From: Spirochaetia bacterium
GTDB taxonomy: Bacteria > Spirochaetota > Spirochaetia > SZUA-6 > Bin103
Assembly (NCBI GenBank): GCA_965208575.1
Contig: CBDBOV010000006.1
Coordinates: 256,001-320,000, forward strand
Length of the DNA: 64,000 nucleotides
Direction of reading: 5' to 3'
Positions 39,531 through 49,348 of this stretch are shown in pieces. Every line of letters begins with the position of its first letter. Position 1 is the stretch's first letter. The notes below the pieces were generated by a model. It saw only the letters and a program-made list of their open reading frames with translations. It made no database searches and was not told where the DNA came from. The position numbers were made by a program, and so were the translations under genes.

Positions 39531-41276
39531 CTAGGGTGCCCACATGGCCTCCTGCTGCGCCAGGACGAGGCCGGCATAGGCGCCGCGCCGCTCCATCAGC
39601 TCCCGGTGGCGGCCGGCCTCGACCACCCGCCCCTCGTCCAGTACGACGATGCGGTCGGCGTGGAGGACGGAGGAGAAGCGGTGGGCGATGGTGATGGTCG
39701 TCCGTCCCCGGGCCAGCCGCTGCAGCGCGTCACGGATCGCGCTCTCGTTCACGCCGTCCAGGCTGGAGGTCGCCTCGTCCAGGATGAGGACTGGGGCATC
39801 CTTCAGCAACGCCCGCGCGATGGCGATGCGCTGGCGCTCACCCCCGGAGAGCTTCGCTCCCCGTTCTCCGACCACGGTCCGATAGCCCTGGGGGAGGGCG
39901 GCGATGAACCCGTGCGCGTTGGCCGCCCGCGCCGCCGCTTCGAGCTCGCCCGGGGAGGCTCCCGGCTTCCCGAGCCGGAGGTTGTCCTCGGCCGTTCCAT
40001 GAAAGAGGTAGGTGTCCTGGGACACCACGGCGATCAGACCGCGCAGCGTCTCCAGAGGGTAGTCGCGGATGTCCACGCCGCCGATCTCCACGCGCCCCTG
40101 CCGGGGGTCGAAGAACCGCAGCAGCAGCGCGGCCACGGTGCTCTTCCCCGCCCCCGACTGACCGACCAGGCCAATGCTCTGGCCTGCGTCCACGGCGAAC
40201 GACAGGCCGTCGAGCGCCGGCGCGTTGTCCGGGTGGTAGGCAAAGGTGACGTTCACGAAGGCGAGGGACTTCGGCGTGCTCGCGCGCTCGGGGTGCGGCG
40301 GCGCGGCCTCGCGGTCAGCCACCTCGGGCTTTGCCTCCAGGAGTGCGAAGATGCCGGTGGAGGCGGATACGCCCAGGTAGCCCTTGTGCCAGTAGGAGTC
40401 CAGCTCCACCAACGGACGGAAGCACTCCCCCGTGAGGAACAGCACCACGAGGAGTCCCGCCAGGTCGAGCGCTCCGTCCGCCACCTGGAACGCGCCCACG
40501 GCGACGGCCATCGCCACGCCCGCGCTCATCGCCAGCCCCACGACGCCGTTGCGGATCATGGAGACGGCGAGCTGCGCCATGGTCGCCCGGTAGAGCGCGA
40601 ACGCGGCGTTCCGGAGGACCCGCCCCCGGCGCCCGCTGGCGCCCAGCGCCTTCAGCGTTACCATTCCCTGCATGCTGTCCACGAACTGGGCGTTGAGGTC
40701 CGTGTACGCCCGCCAGTGCCGCTGGCCGTACTCGCCCAGCAGGCCGTCCCACAGGCGCGGCACCAGGGGAACGGCCAGCACGCACGCCAGCACGATCACT
40801 CCCACCAGGGGGCTGAGGACGCAGATGTACGCCACCACGGCCAGGGGCACGGCCACCGCGACGATGGACTGCGGCAGGTAGTAGCCCAGGTAGGCCTCCA
40901 GGGCCTCCACGCCGTCCACGAGGGTGGATTGCACCGTTCCCGTCCGCGTCCGTTCCAGGTACCCGGGGCCGAGGGCAAGCAGCACGCGGTAGAGCCGCTG
41001 GCGCAGCGCCACCTTCACCTCCGCGGCGGTGCGCATGAAACTCATCTCACGCCACCGGAGCAGCAGCGCGCGAAGCGCCGCCAGCAGCGCGACGACGCCC
41101 ATGAGGGCGAGCGCCTCCGTCCACGGTTCGCCGGCCAGGACGCGGCTGACCACGAGGGCCACGGCCACGCCCTGCGCGACGAACGTCCCGGAGACCGCCA
41201 AACCCAGCGCCACGGTGAGGGCGATGCGAGCACGCACGCCCTCCGTCAGCGCCAGCATCTTCGGATGGACCATCAT
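39531..41276 (-). CDS. ABC half-transporter, permease + ATPase (CydD/IrtA-like)
   Basis: GVEALEAYLGYYLPQ, GQSGAGKS, LSGGERQR, ILDEATS; start trimmed to ATG 41276. Confidence 0.9.
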   Translation of the reverse strand: MMVHPKMLALTEGVRARIALTVALGLAVSGTFVAQGVAVALVVSRVLAGEPWTEALALMGVVALLAALRALLLRWREMSFMRTAAEVKVALRQRLYRVLLALGPGYLERTRTGTVQSTLVDGVEALEAYLGYYLPQSIVAVAVPLAVVAYICVLSPLVGVIVLACVLAVPLVPRLWDGLLGEYGQRHWRAYTDLNAQFVDSMQGMVTLKALGASGRRGRVLRNAAFALYRATMAQLAVSMIRNGVVGLAMSAGVAMAVAVGAFQVADGALDLAGLLVVLFLTGECFRPLVELDSYWHKGYLGVSASTGIFALLEAKPEVADREAAPPHPERASTPKSLAFVNVTFAYHPDNAPALDGLSFAVDAGQSIGLVGQSGAGKSTVAALLLRFFDPRQGRVEIGGVDIRDYPLETLRGLIAVVSQDTYLFHGTAEDNLRLGKPGASPGELEAAARAANAHGFIAALPQGYRTVVGERGAKLSGGERQRIAIARALLKDAPVLILDEATSSLDGVNESAIRDALQRLARGRTTITIAHRFSSVLHADRIVVLDEGRVVEAGRHRELMERRGAYAGLVLAQQEAMWAP

Positions 41277-41356
41277 CCCCGGCGCCGCCCCCCTCCCGTG
41301 GCTCTCCTGCACGGTGTTGCCCTGAACGTTGACAGCATGGGCGTGAGTCCCGTGAA

Positions 41357-41388
41357 CATAATGCGAATGCGAAAGCAATATCAATAAA
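41357..41388 (-). promoter_or_regulatory. AT-rich Fur-box-like operator/promoter upstream of the ABC pair
   Basis: ATAATGCGAATGCGAAAGCAATATCAATAAA: ATAATG/CGAATG hexamer array overlapping a TTGATA -35-like element on the minus strand. Confidence 0.45.
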
Positions 41389-41549
41389 TGCTGTCGCCTC
41401 CTGCGCGCGCGCCGGCCTTCTGCTCACCGCCCAAACCTCTCGTTCGCCGCGACTGTCGGGCGACCGGATAGAGCATCTACCCAACCCGCGCTCCAGCGAC
41501 CGCCAATCCCGCTCCGGTTCGTTTCAACTGCCTGTAGGTCCGGAACTTG

Positions 41550-41990
41550 CTATTCCGTGTCGATACCAAGCCAGCACAGGAGTTGGATGTCATGTGCTGA
41601 AATGGGTGGCAGGGGCTCTGGGGGTTCGACCGGCTCCAGACCGGTGCCTGCGATTTGCTCGATGAGGAACTTCGAGAGCTTTACGCCCGGGAGATTTTCG
41701 TCCTCGAACCAATGCCGAAGCATGATCTCTTCACGCCGCGGCCAGGGTGACTCGAGAACGTCCAGCGCCCGGTTCACCTCGTCCTCGGGAACGTCCACGG
41801 CTGGGTGGGCACGGATAAACTCCGCGACCCGCAGGTTGAGTGGGCGTACCTTCGGCTGCGCTATCCTCACCTGATCCGGCGCAGCCGTAGATTCACCCAA
41901 CCCTTCGGCGGCGGCCCGTAGCGCCTCACCCAAGGCATCCGCCAGCGTATTGCCGTCCCGGTTGTCGACAAAGACCGGATAAGCGTTCAC
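41550..41990 (-). pseudogene. Head-to-tail remnant of a large PLD/SNF2-type helicase gene
   Basis: N-terminal PVFVDNRDGNTLADAL...DQVRIA fused in frame to C-terminal QPKVRPLN...PWPRREE...PLPPI...IQLLCWL; GTG overlaps the DUF4411 stop; family recognised from memory. Confidence 0.6.
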
Positions 41991-42481
41991 CGCCTGTCCC
42001 CGAGCACGAACCGCGCCCGCTCCCGGCTCAGCATTTGAAACGGAGTCCGACACTGGACGTTGAGACCGGCGCAGACATCCGGCAGCTTGATTCTCCTCTT
42101 CGATGAAGAGCGGACTTCGTGCGTAACGACGGCGTACTTGCCGGCAAGCGCCTGGGCTGCAAGGTAGTAGTCGGCGACTTGCAGGAACTCGTCCACCGCT
42201 GACGGTTCGTACCGGCTGCCGACTACCCAGTCGCTGACGGCAGCAAGCGACTCCAGCATCTCAGCGGTGGGCTTGAGAAAGAAGCCATCGCCACGGTTCC
42301 CGGCCCATTCCGCGAGTTGGTCGTTGCCGGCCTTGAGTTCGTCGCCGACCCGCTCGATGCTGAACACGCGTTCTTGTGAATTCGCGCGAAGGAGCCAGTC
42401 CCAGAATGCCGGACAGAAGTCGAACGCGTAGTGCAAGTTCTTCGCGCTGATGAACACGTTCGCGTCGAGCAGGTACCGCAT
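41987..42481 (-). CDS. DUF4411-family PIN-domain protein
   Basis: YLLDANVFI, FDFCPAFWDWL, ADYYL, VVTHE, IKLPDVC. Confidence 0.9.
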   Translation of the reverse strand: MRYLLDANVFISAKNLHYAFDFCPAFWDWLLRANSQERVFSIERVGDELKAGNDQLAEWAGNRGDGFFLKPTAEMLESLAAVSDWVVGSRYEPSAVDEFLQVADYYLAAQALAGKYAVVTHEVRSSSKRRIKLPDVCAGLNVQCRTPFQMLSRERARFVLGDRR

Positions 42482-43627
42482 CTACGCCTCGATCCCGAGA
42501 TTGGCGGCAAAGTCGTGTAACGCGGCGGTGGTCTTGATTCCGAGCAGCCGGTACGAGACCGTGAAGGAGGTACGGCCACCCAGGGTGCTGGTCACGAGCG
42601 CGTGCCCGAAGCGCCTCCCTACGCGCGTTCTCAGCGTCGGGAAGAAACTCCCGCCACCGGTTCCGGCCAGTGCTTGCAAGCGTCCCAGCTCGGCTTGGTA
42701 GGCGGAACGGAAAGGGCCATCACCGAGCGCTCCCATGTCGTGTATCCTTCGCAGAATCACCAGCGTGCTCACCTTGAACCGGCGCGCCAGACGAGCCAGC
42801 GCCACGGCCAAGTCCTCGGAAGCGCGGTACTCGTTCCGCAATAGCGACAGTGGAACCAGGAACTCGGCTGCCACCTGGTTGCACCATGCTTCGACGCTGT
42901 GCGTCGGGACCGTGTTCGGCGCCGAGTCCGAGAGCGCCGACTCTCCCAGCCACAAGTGCGCTAATTCGTGTGCCAGGGTGAACATCTGGGCAGCCTTCGT
43001 GTCGGCTCCGTTGATGAATACGAGTGGAGCCAGGTCGTCCACCAGTGCGAATCCACGAAATTCGTCGGGGTCGAGACTGCGATGGGTGTTGTTGCCGACG
43101 ACGCCGTTCACCATCACGAGCACACCGAGCGAATCCGCCGCGTCGATCAAGCGGCGCAACGCCTCGGTCCACGTAGGAACCGCCGCTTGCGCCGCAGGGT
43201 CAAGCGCAAGCACGTCGCGTATACGGGACGCTGTTCGTTCGACACCGCTTGCCATGGTTTCCGAACCGATGAACGTCAGCGAGGCTTCTCCCTCGGTACG
43301 GGCAAACTCGCGATACCACTCCTGGCGCTGCTGGCACAGGTAGATCGTGCTCAGCAGGTTGGTACTCGGCTCTCTGACCGGGAGGCTGCCGACCGTCCGC
43401 AGGTCGGGAATCGGCAGCGCCTCGCGGGGCGGCCGCGTGAGAAAGAAATAGCCGACGGGGGCGTGAGTTACATTGGCGAGCTTCTCCACCTGCTTCAGCG
43501 TCGGCACAGCAACGCCGCTCTCCCACTCGCGGTACTTCGGAAACCGCCGCGCCAGTGCGTCCGCGTCCATGCCCGCACGCTGGCGCGCCCAGCGCAACAG
43601 TTCAGGTTTGACTCGTGCACGTATCAT
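42482..43627 (-). CDS. XRE-HTH + ImmA/IrrE metallo-endopeptidase
   Basis: LLRWARQRAG...WESG...PTLKQ; FRGFAL, FINGADTKAAQMFTLAHELAH (HExxH), EAWCNQVAAEFL. Confidence 0.92.
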   Translation of the reverse strand: MIRARVKPELLRWARQRAGMDADALARRFPKYREWESGVAVPTLKQVEKLANVTHAPVGYFFLTRPPREALPIPDLRTVGSLPVREPSTNLLSTIYLCQQRQEWYREFARTEGEASLTFIGSETMASGVERTASRIRDVLALDPAAQAAVPTWTEALRRLIDAADSLGVLVMVNGVVGNNTHRSLDPDEFRGFALVDDLAPLVFINGADTKAAQMFTLAHELAHLWLGESALSDSAPNTVPTHSVEAWCNQVAAEFLVPLSLLRNEYRASEDLAVALARLARRFKVSTLVILRRIHDMGALGDGPFRSAYQAELGRLQALAGTGGGSFFPTLRTRVGRRFGHALVTSTLGGRTSFTVSYRLLGIKTTAALHDFAANLGIEA

Positions 43628-45482
43628 CGTGGCCTCCAGTTGCGAAAGTGCGGTAACCCGCCAGCCAACCGCTCCTCGTAGTCCCAGCCTTCATGAAAGG
43701 TCTGGAAGATGTGGACGAGTTGCCGCCACAACCGGTTGTCACGGCTGGGACGGGGCACCGGAAACGGATTGATGACGAAGAAATTGACGTGCGTCTCCAC
43801 ATAGCGTCTCGCGTACCAGTCGAGCGGGATCGACGACAGAATCCCGAGCAGGTACGCATGATCCTGTTCGTCACCCCGCGGCCAGAGGAAATGGGGCCGG
43901 TATTGGCGATAAAGATCTCAGCAGGAACGAGCGCGACGCGGACGGTGCGGGAATCTGTTGCTCTGGACACGTCCCGGAAGGCCTCGTCGAACACCCATCC
44001 GCCGCGGTTCAGGGACATGTCGACATCGACCTGAGCAGACTCGTCGAACATGGGCCGAAACTCCCGGGAGCCCTTCGCGGCCAGGGCGCTACGAGGCAGC
44101 GCCGCTTCGAAATCCTCGTTCGGTACCACGATGCCTGCAAGCTCAGCGCCGACGGCAGAGACCCGCGGGTCGCTGGTGAACAAACCGCCGTCGTACGCCG
44201 GCACCGACCACTCGCGGTTGCCGCCTGCCACCGCCTCCCATAGCAGGGCCGTCTCCCGCCAGTGGGAGTTCCCGCCGGCGATCGGCACGGCTCGCGCCAC
44301 GCAGGCGGCCAGTTCCTGCGCTTTCTGTTTCAGCGAGCGCCGCCGGTACGACTCGTTGAATCGGTAGGGCAGCAGATCCCGGTCTTCAGCGTAGGCGATG
44401 AACAACAGCCGGAACAGGACCGTGAGCGCCATCTCATACGTGTGATCGAGCTGTGCCGGCGACGGGCTCTTCAGGTTGCGTGCCGCCGCGATGCCACGTG
44501 CCAACGCCGGCACTACCCTGTCGTAGATGCGCTCGCGCAGGCGTTCGGCAAGGCTGCCGGCGAAACGGTGCGACTCTGTCAGGATCTGACGCAGGCTGCC
44601 GTCCGGTGCAAGCGCCTCGGCGGAGTAGAGCAGCCAGAGGTAGGGAAGGTGCTGGTCGGACAGGAGCGAGGGCTGGCACTCGATGAAGGACTCGGTCCGC
44701 CCCCGCCGTCCCACCCCGGCATCGACATCCGTCGAGTACAGCCGAAGCCGGTTCGCCTGCACCAGAACGACCCAGGACAGGTTCTCGGAGTCGGCCTTGG
44801 CAAGGGCATAGCTCACCGGCGACAGGCTGTTGAACCGTTCGGTGCCCGCCTCCGGCGACTCGGTCTCGCGCAGCATCACTGCCAGCGCGACCCGCCGGTC
44901 GCCACCTCGCAACAGGCTGGTGAGGTTGTCGAGACGCTCCACCTGGAACCCAAGCGCCGTGAGCAGCCCCTCCTCGCGCGTGCCTACCGCCCTGGCCGCC
45001 TTGCGCCCCGCATCACTCCAGTCGCGCCGGCCCGGCGCGCCATGCTCCAACTCGTGCATGGCCAGCAAGCCCTCGTTGTTGAGCCCCGGCAGCGCCGTCT
45101 CCAACGACGGCAGCACCTGCGCCAGGAATCGTAGCGCCGAGTGCCGGTCGGGCTGTGCCAACACCTCGCGGCACAACCGCTCCACCTGACCCACATCCGC
45201 TCGCGGATACACCGGCGGCTCTTCACCGGACGCCCCGCACAACGCAGCACCCTCTCGGTGCAGCACCACCAGCAGCACCGGAGCCGCCCGCCCTCCACGC
45301 CGATATTCCCACGTCTCCAAGAGCGCTGTCCGAGCCGGCGCGGCATCGCACTGGGCCACCGCCACCTCAATGCCGTGCGCCCCCTTCCCCAGGTACAGCC
45401 CCGCCGGCTCTAACCCGCTACCCCTGCCCAGAGCCCAAGGCCGCGCCATTAGGTCGACAAGGAAATCCCTATCGCCCATCAT
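43624..45482 (-). pseudogene. Type IIG/Eco57I-like restriction-modification gene with internal deletions and a frameshift
   Basis: LFRLLFIAYAEDRDLL, PAYDGGLF, then jumps to LPRSAL, AFRDVSRATDSRT; no DPAxGSG or NPP MTase motifs; -1 frameshift near 43893 restores LLGILSSIPLDWYARR...FHEGWDY ending in an ATGA overlap with the next gene. Confidence 0.75.
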
Positions 45483-45814
45483 GCTTCAGGCGTCCTGGGC
45501 GAATACCGAGATAGATTCCATCCAACACCTTCTCCGGCAACATCCTCCACGGCCCTTGCCGGATGGGCCCATTCTACTCCACACGGACACGATGGTGTCT
45601 TGTAGCCCGAGAAGTTCCGACAGCGACGCGACGCGCACCACCATGACCAGCCCATCGCTGGTTGTCGATCCCTCGTGGAAGCACCGATAGGCTCGGTGAC
45701 TGCACCATGAACACCTTGGTATCTTCCAATTACCGCGATCTCGTTGGAAGCCCCATTGTATGTAGCTGCACCACGGGATGAGTAACTGGGACAGGACTTA
45801 CCCTCGACGGAGAC

Positions 45815-46782
45815 ATGGATTTGATTACTGACGACAATGCAAAGTGTCAAATATGGACATCCAAACGCGCTGTTTACTTGCCCAGCAACGCTTCAGATGT
45901 CATTCGCATCGAATCCTCACGAGCCGGCGGTACATACAGGTTCACTGACTCGGCTTGGATGCAACTCGGGAATCTCAGTGAAGTCGAAAGCGCCCGGCTC
46001 ACAACCTTGTTGGTGGATCGGAGAATCCAGGGAGAAAACGAACCCTAGTCACACCTTCTTTGATTGACAAGGCCCTCAGGATGGAGTCGCTTGACGTGGC
46101 GGAGCGCGCGGACAGACTTCTCAGGTTCGTCGCGCACCGCTCGAAACACCCGGGGGACACAGTATTTCTCAGAATCCAGAATCAGGACTCGGACACACTC
46201 AATCTTGCCATGGCATGGACGGAGTCGACAACTCTAGATGAAGTACGATACTTCCGAGACTATCTGGTGCGCAACGGCTGGTTACTTAAGTCAGTAGGTC
46301 CTCACTACTCTGTCTCGATAGAGGGCTATGGACGGATTGCCGACCTCAAGGGGCACCCTGACTCTACGCAAGCGTTTGTTGCAATGTGGTTCGATGGTGA
46401 AATGGCTACGGTCTACGAAAACGGAATTGCACCAGCAATCGAGCAGGCTGGATTCAAGCCCATGCGCATAGACAAGAAAGGAGACGTCGTCAAGATTGAT
46501 GATGAAATAATCGCAGAAATCAGGAAGTCTCGTTTCTTGGTAGCCGACTTCACCCATGGCGACGAAGGGGCACGGGGAGGCGTCTACTTTGAGGCTGGGT
46601 TTGCATTTGGTCTCGGTCTACCAGTGATCCACACTTGCCGGTCCGACATGGTGGACAAGATCCACTTTGACACTCGGCAGTATTTTCACACTGTGTGGGA
46701 ACGTCCTGACGACCTACGAGTAAGCCTCACCAATAGAATCGTCGCGCTCCTCGGGACGGGTCCGAACCGGCCTCCCTCTTGA
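45815..46782 (+). pseudogene. Frameshifted gene with C-terminal nucleoside 2-deoxyribosyltransferase/TIR-like domain
   Basis: QAFVAMWF, IDDEIIAEIRKSRFLVADFT, RGGVYFEAGFA, IHFDTRQY; ORFs 45815-46048 and 46060-46782 join as GENEP-LVTPSLIDK if one base is added at about 46045. Confidence 0.7.
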
Positions 46783-46869
46783 TTACGCGACGAACCTCAC
46801 CTTCGAGCACATCTCCACGGTGGCGTCCTCAGAGTGCTTGAAGTGACGGCTATGTGGTAGGTTGCGGGC

Positions 46870-47625
46870 ATGGGACTGAAAGACAAGGTGTGCATCGTTA
46901 CCGGCGGGGGCAGTGGGATTGGCCGGGCTGCGGCGCTGCTGATGGCGGCGCAGGGGGCGCGGGTGGCGGTGGTGGGCCGCACCGAGAGCAAGCTCACGGC
47001 GGTGCGTGGCGAGATCGAACGCCAGGGCGGCAGCGCGCTGGCTCTGAGCCTGGACGTGGCCGACCACGCGGCGGTGCAGCGCATGGCCGCCGAGGTGCTG
47101 GCCACATGGGCGCGTATCGACGTGCTGGTGAACAACGCCGGTCATTCGTCGACCCACCGCATGCTGCTCACCACCACGCCCGAGGATATCCGCGGCACCA
47201 TCGACTCCAACCTGGCCGGCACGATCTACTGCTCGCAGGCGGTGGTGCCTGCCATGCAGGCCGCCGGTAGGGGCACCATCATCAATGTTGCCTCGTTGGC
47301 CGGCGTCGGCGGCAGCCTGCTCGGCGGCCCGTCCTACTCCGCGGCCAAGGCGGGGGTGATCAACTTCACCCAGTATCTGAATACCGAGTTCAGGAACAGC
47401 GGACTGCGCGCCAGCGTCATCATCCCCGGCGAGGTCGACACCCCGATCGTCGAGCAGCGCCCGGTACACCCCAGCCCCGAGGCGCGCGCCACCATGGCCA
47501 CCTCCGAGGACGTGGCGCGGGCGATCCTCCTGGTCGCCGATCTGCCGCAGCGCACCCTGATCCCGGAGCTGACCATCCGCCCCACCTACCTGCGCGACAC
47601 CTCGGCCGAGGTCGGCGTCAAGTAA
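46870..47625 (+). CDS. SDR family oxidoreductase
   Basis: TGGGSGIG, NNAG, YSAAK, PGEVDT. Confidence 0.92.
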   Translation: MGLKDKVCIVTGGGSGIGRAAALLMAAQGARVAVVGRTESKLTAVRGEIERQGGSALALSLDVADHAAVQRMAAEVLATWARIDVLVNNAGHSSTHRMLLTTTPEDIRGTIDSNLAGTIYCSQAVVPAMQAAGRGTIINVASLAGVGGSLLGGPSYSAAKAGVINFTQYLNTEFRNSGLRASVIIPGEVDTPIVEQRPVHPSPEARATMATSEDVARAILLVADLPQRTLIPELTIRPTYLRDTSAEVGVK

Positions 47626-47628
47626 GGG

Positions 47629-48735
47629 TCACGGGAGGAGGAAGGGCTGTAGCGCGGCGCGGTCCAGTTCCACGCAGTGGCCGGGGCGGTCGGGGGGCAG
47701 CGCGGCGCCGCACTCCAGGCGCGGGGGCTTGCGCACGAAGCGCTCGGTGGCGAAGCCGTGCACTTCCAGGAAGGAGGCGTTGGGCACCGCGGCCAGCAGA
47801 TGAACGTGCAGTTCGTGGACGCCGTGGGAAGTCACCGGCAGGCGGTGCGCGGCGGCGAGCTCGGCCACCTTCATCCAGGCGCTGATGCCGCCGATGTTGG
47901 ACACGTCCGGCTCCGGGAACGCCACGCCGCCAGCGCCGATCAGGTGGGCGAATTCACTCACCGTGCGCAGGTTTTCGCCGGCGGCCAGCGGTAGCCCGCC
48001 ACCCTCGGCCACCCGGCGGTGGCCGTCGTAGTCGTCAGGCTCGATCGGCTCCTCCAGCCAGTACACCCCGAAGCGCGCCAACTCGCGCGCCGCGGAGACC
48101 GCCTCGTCGACGGTCCAGCGCATGTTGGCATCGACCATCAGCGCCGTTTCCGCTCCCACGAGGTCGCGCACCGCCGCCACGCGCTCCAGGTCCTCGCCGA
48201 GGACGTCGCGCCCCACCTTCATCTTGACGGCGCGGAAGCCGCGGCCAAGCGCGCCGCGGGTCTGCTCCAGCAGTTCATCGAGCGGCAACAGCAGGTCGAT
48301 GCCGCCCACGTATGCCGGCACCGGCTTCGCCGCCTGCCCGCCCAGTGTCCGCCACAGCGGTTCCTGCCGCACCCTGCCGCGCAAATCCCACAGCGCGATG
48401 TCTACCGCGGAAATGGCGAACGCCGCGATCCCGCCACGGCCCACGTAGTGGGTCCACTGCCACATACGGCGCCACAGCGCCTCGATGTCGCCGGCGTCAG
48501 CGCCGATCAGCAGCGGTGCAAGGTCGCGCTCGATCAGCGCCAGGATCGCGCCCCCGCCGGCGTGCACGGTGTAGGTGTAGCCCAGCCCGGTATGCCCGCC
48601 GGTGGCCGCCACCTCCACTGTCACCAGGTCGTAGTGATCGTGGCGGCCGTGCGTGGCGTCGGTGAGCGGCGCGGCCAGCGGAATCCGGTAGCAGGCGGCG
48701 CTGATATCGGTAATCTTCACCCTTGCCTCAGACAA
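47629..48735 (-). CDS. Enolase superfamily (MR/MLE); probable 3,6-anhydrogalactonate cycloisomerase
   Basis: KMKVG, MVDAN, WLEEP, GENL; LTDATHGRHDHY and HYVGRGGIAAFAISAVDIALWD closely recall the Vibrio EJY3 cycloisomerase; sits in a GH117 operon. Confidence 0.8.
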   Translation of the reverse strand: MSEARVKITDISAACYRIPLAAPLTDATHGRHDHYDLVTVEVAATGGHTGLGYTYTVHAGGGAILALIERDLAPLLIGADAGDIEALWRRMWQWTHYVGRGGIAAFAISAVDIALWDLRGRVRQEPLWRTLGGQAAKPVPAYVGGIDLLLPLDELLEQTRGALGRGFRAVKMKVGRDVLGEDLERVAAVRDLVGAETALMVDANMRWTVDEAVSAARELARFGVYWLEEPIEPDDYDGHRRVAEGGGLPLAAGENLRTVSEFAHLIGAGGVAFPEPDVSNIGGISAWMKVAELAAAHRLPVTSHGVHELHVHLLAAVPNASFLEVHGFATERFVRKPPRLECGAALPPDRPGHCVELDRAALQPFLLP

Positions 48736-49348
48736 TGTTGGCTTGCAGCGCGGCCAACGCCCCCGGCTCGTCGTGAGCCGCCACCGCCTCGTAGATCAGC
48801 CGGTGCTCGGCGAAGCTGTCCATCAGGTCGCTGAACCGGTCGTAGCGCATCAACATGCGGATGATCACCCGCCGCCACAGCGCCAGCAGATCGGGGTCGC
48901 CGTGGCTGGCCATGATCGCCTCGTGAAAGCGGACGTCGCCAGCCACCAGGTCGCGCGCGTTGCCCGCCTCACAGGCGCTGCGGATCTGCTCCAGCACCTC
49001 GCCGAGCCGCCCCTCCAGTAGGCCAAGCCGCTCGCCGTCGGCAAAGGTATTGCTCAAGGCGAACCCCTCGATGCGGCGCCGGATGTCGGTGATCAGCGCA
49101 CGGATCGCCTCATTGGGGCGCGCCGCCACCGTGGCGCCGGCGTTGGGGCGGGTGTTGACCAGCCCGTCCTGGCCGAGCTTGAGCAGCGCGTCGCGCACCG
49201 GGCCGCGGCTCACCCCGAAGCGTGCGGACAACTCCTGCTCGCGCAGTGGGATGCCTTCGTCCAGCTCCCCGGTCATGATCTCCAGGCGGAGCTGCTCCAC
49301 GATCTGCTCGGAGATGGAACGGTACACCGGTGCCGTCAGGGGGCTCAT
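48728..49348 (-). CDS. GntR-family regulator (FCD domain)
   Basis: LREQELSARFGVSRGPVRDAL, DVRFHEAI, EHRLIYEA; ATG 49348 overlaps the GH117 stop. Confidence 0.92.
   Translation of the reverse strand: MSPLTAPVYRSISEQIVEQLRLEIMTGELDEGIPLREQELSARFGVSRGPVRDALLKLGQDGLVNTRPNAGATVAARPNEAIRALITDIRRRIEGFALSNTFADGERLGLLEGRLGEVLEQIRSACEAGNARDLVAGDVRFHEAIMASHGDPDLLALWRRVIIRMLMRYDRFSDLMDSFAEHRLIYEAVAAHDEPGALAALQANIV

Noticed and set aside
45479-45850. 123-aa ORF upstream of the RM remnant
   Set aside because: No recognisable motif in any frame; possibly debris, not supportable as a gene.
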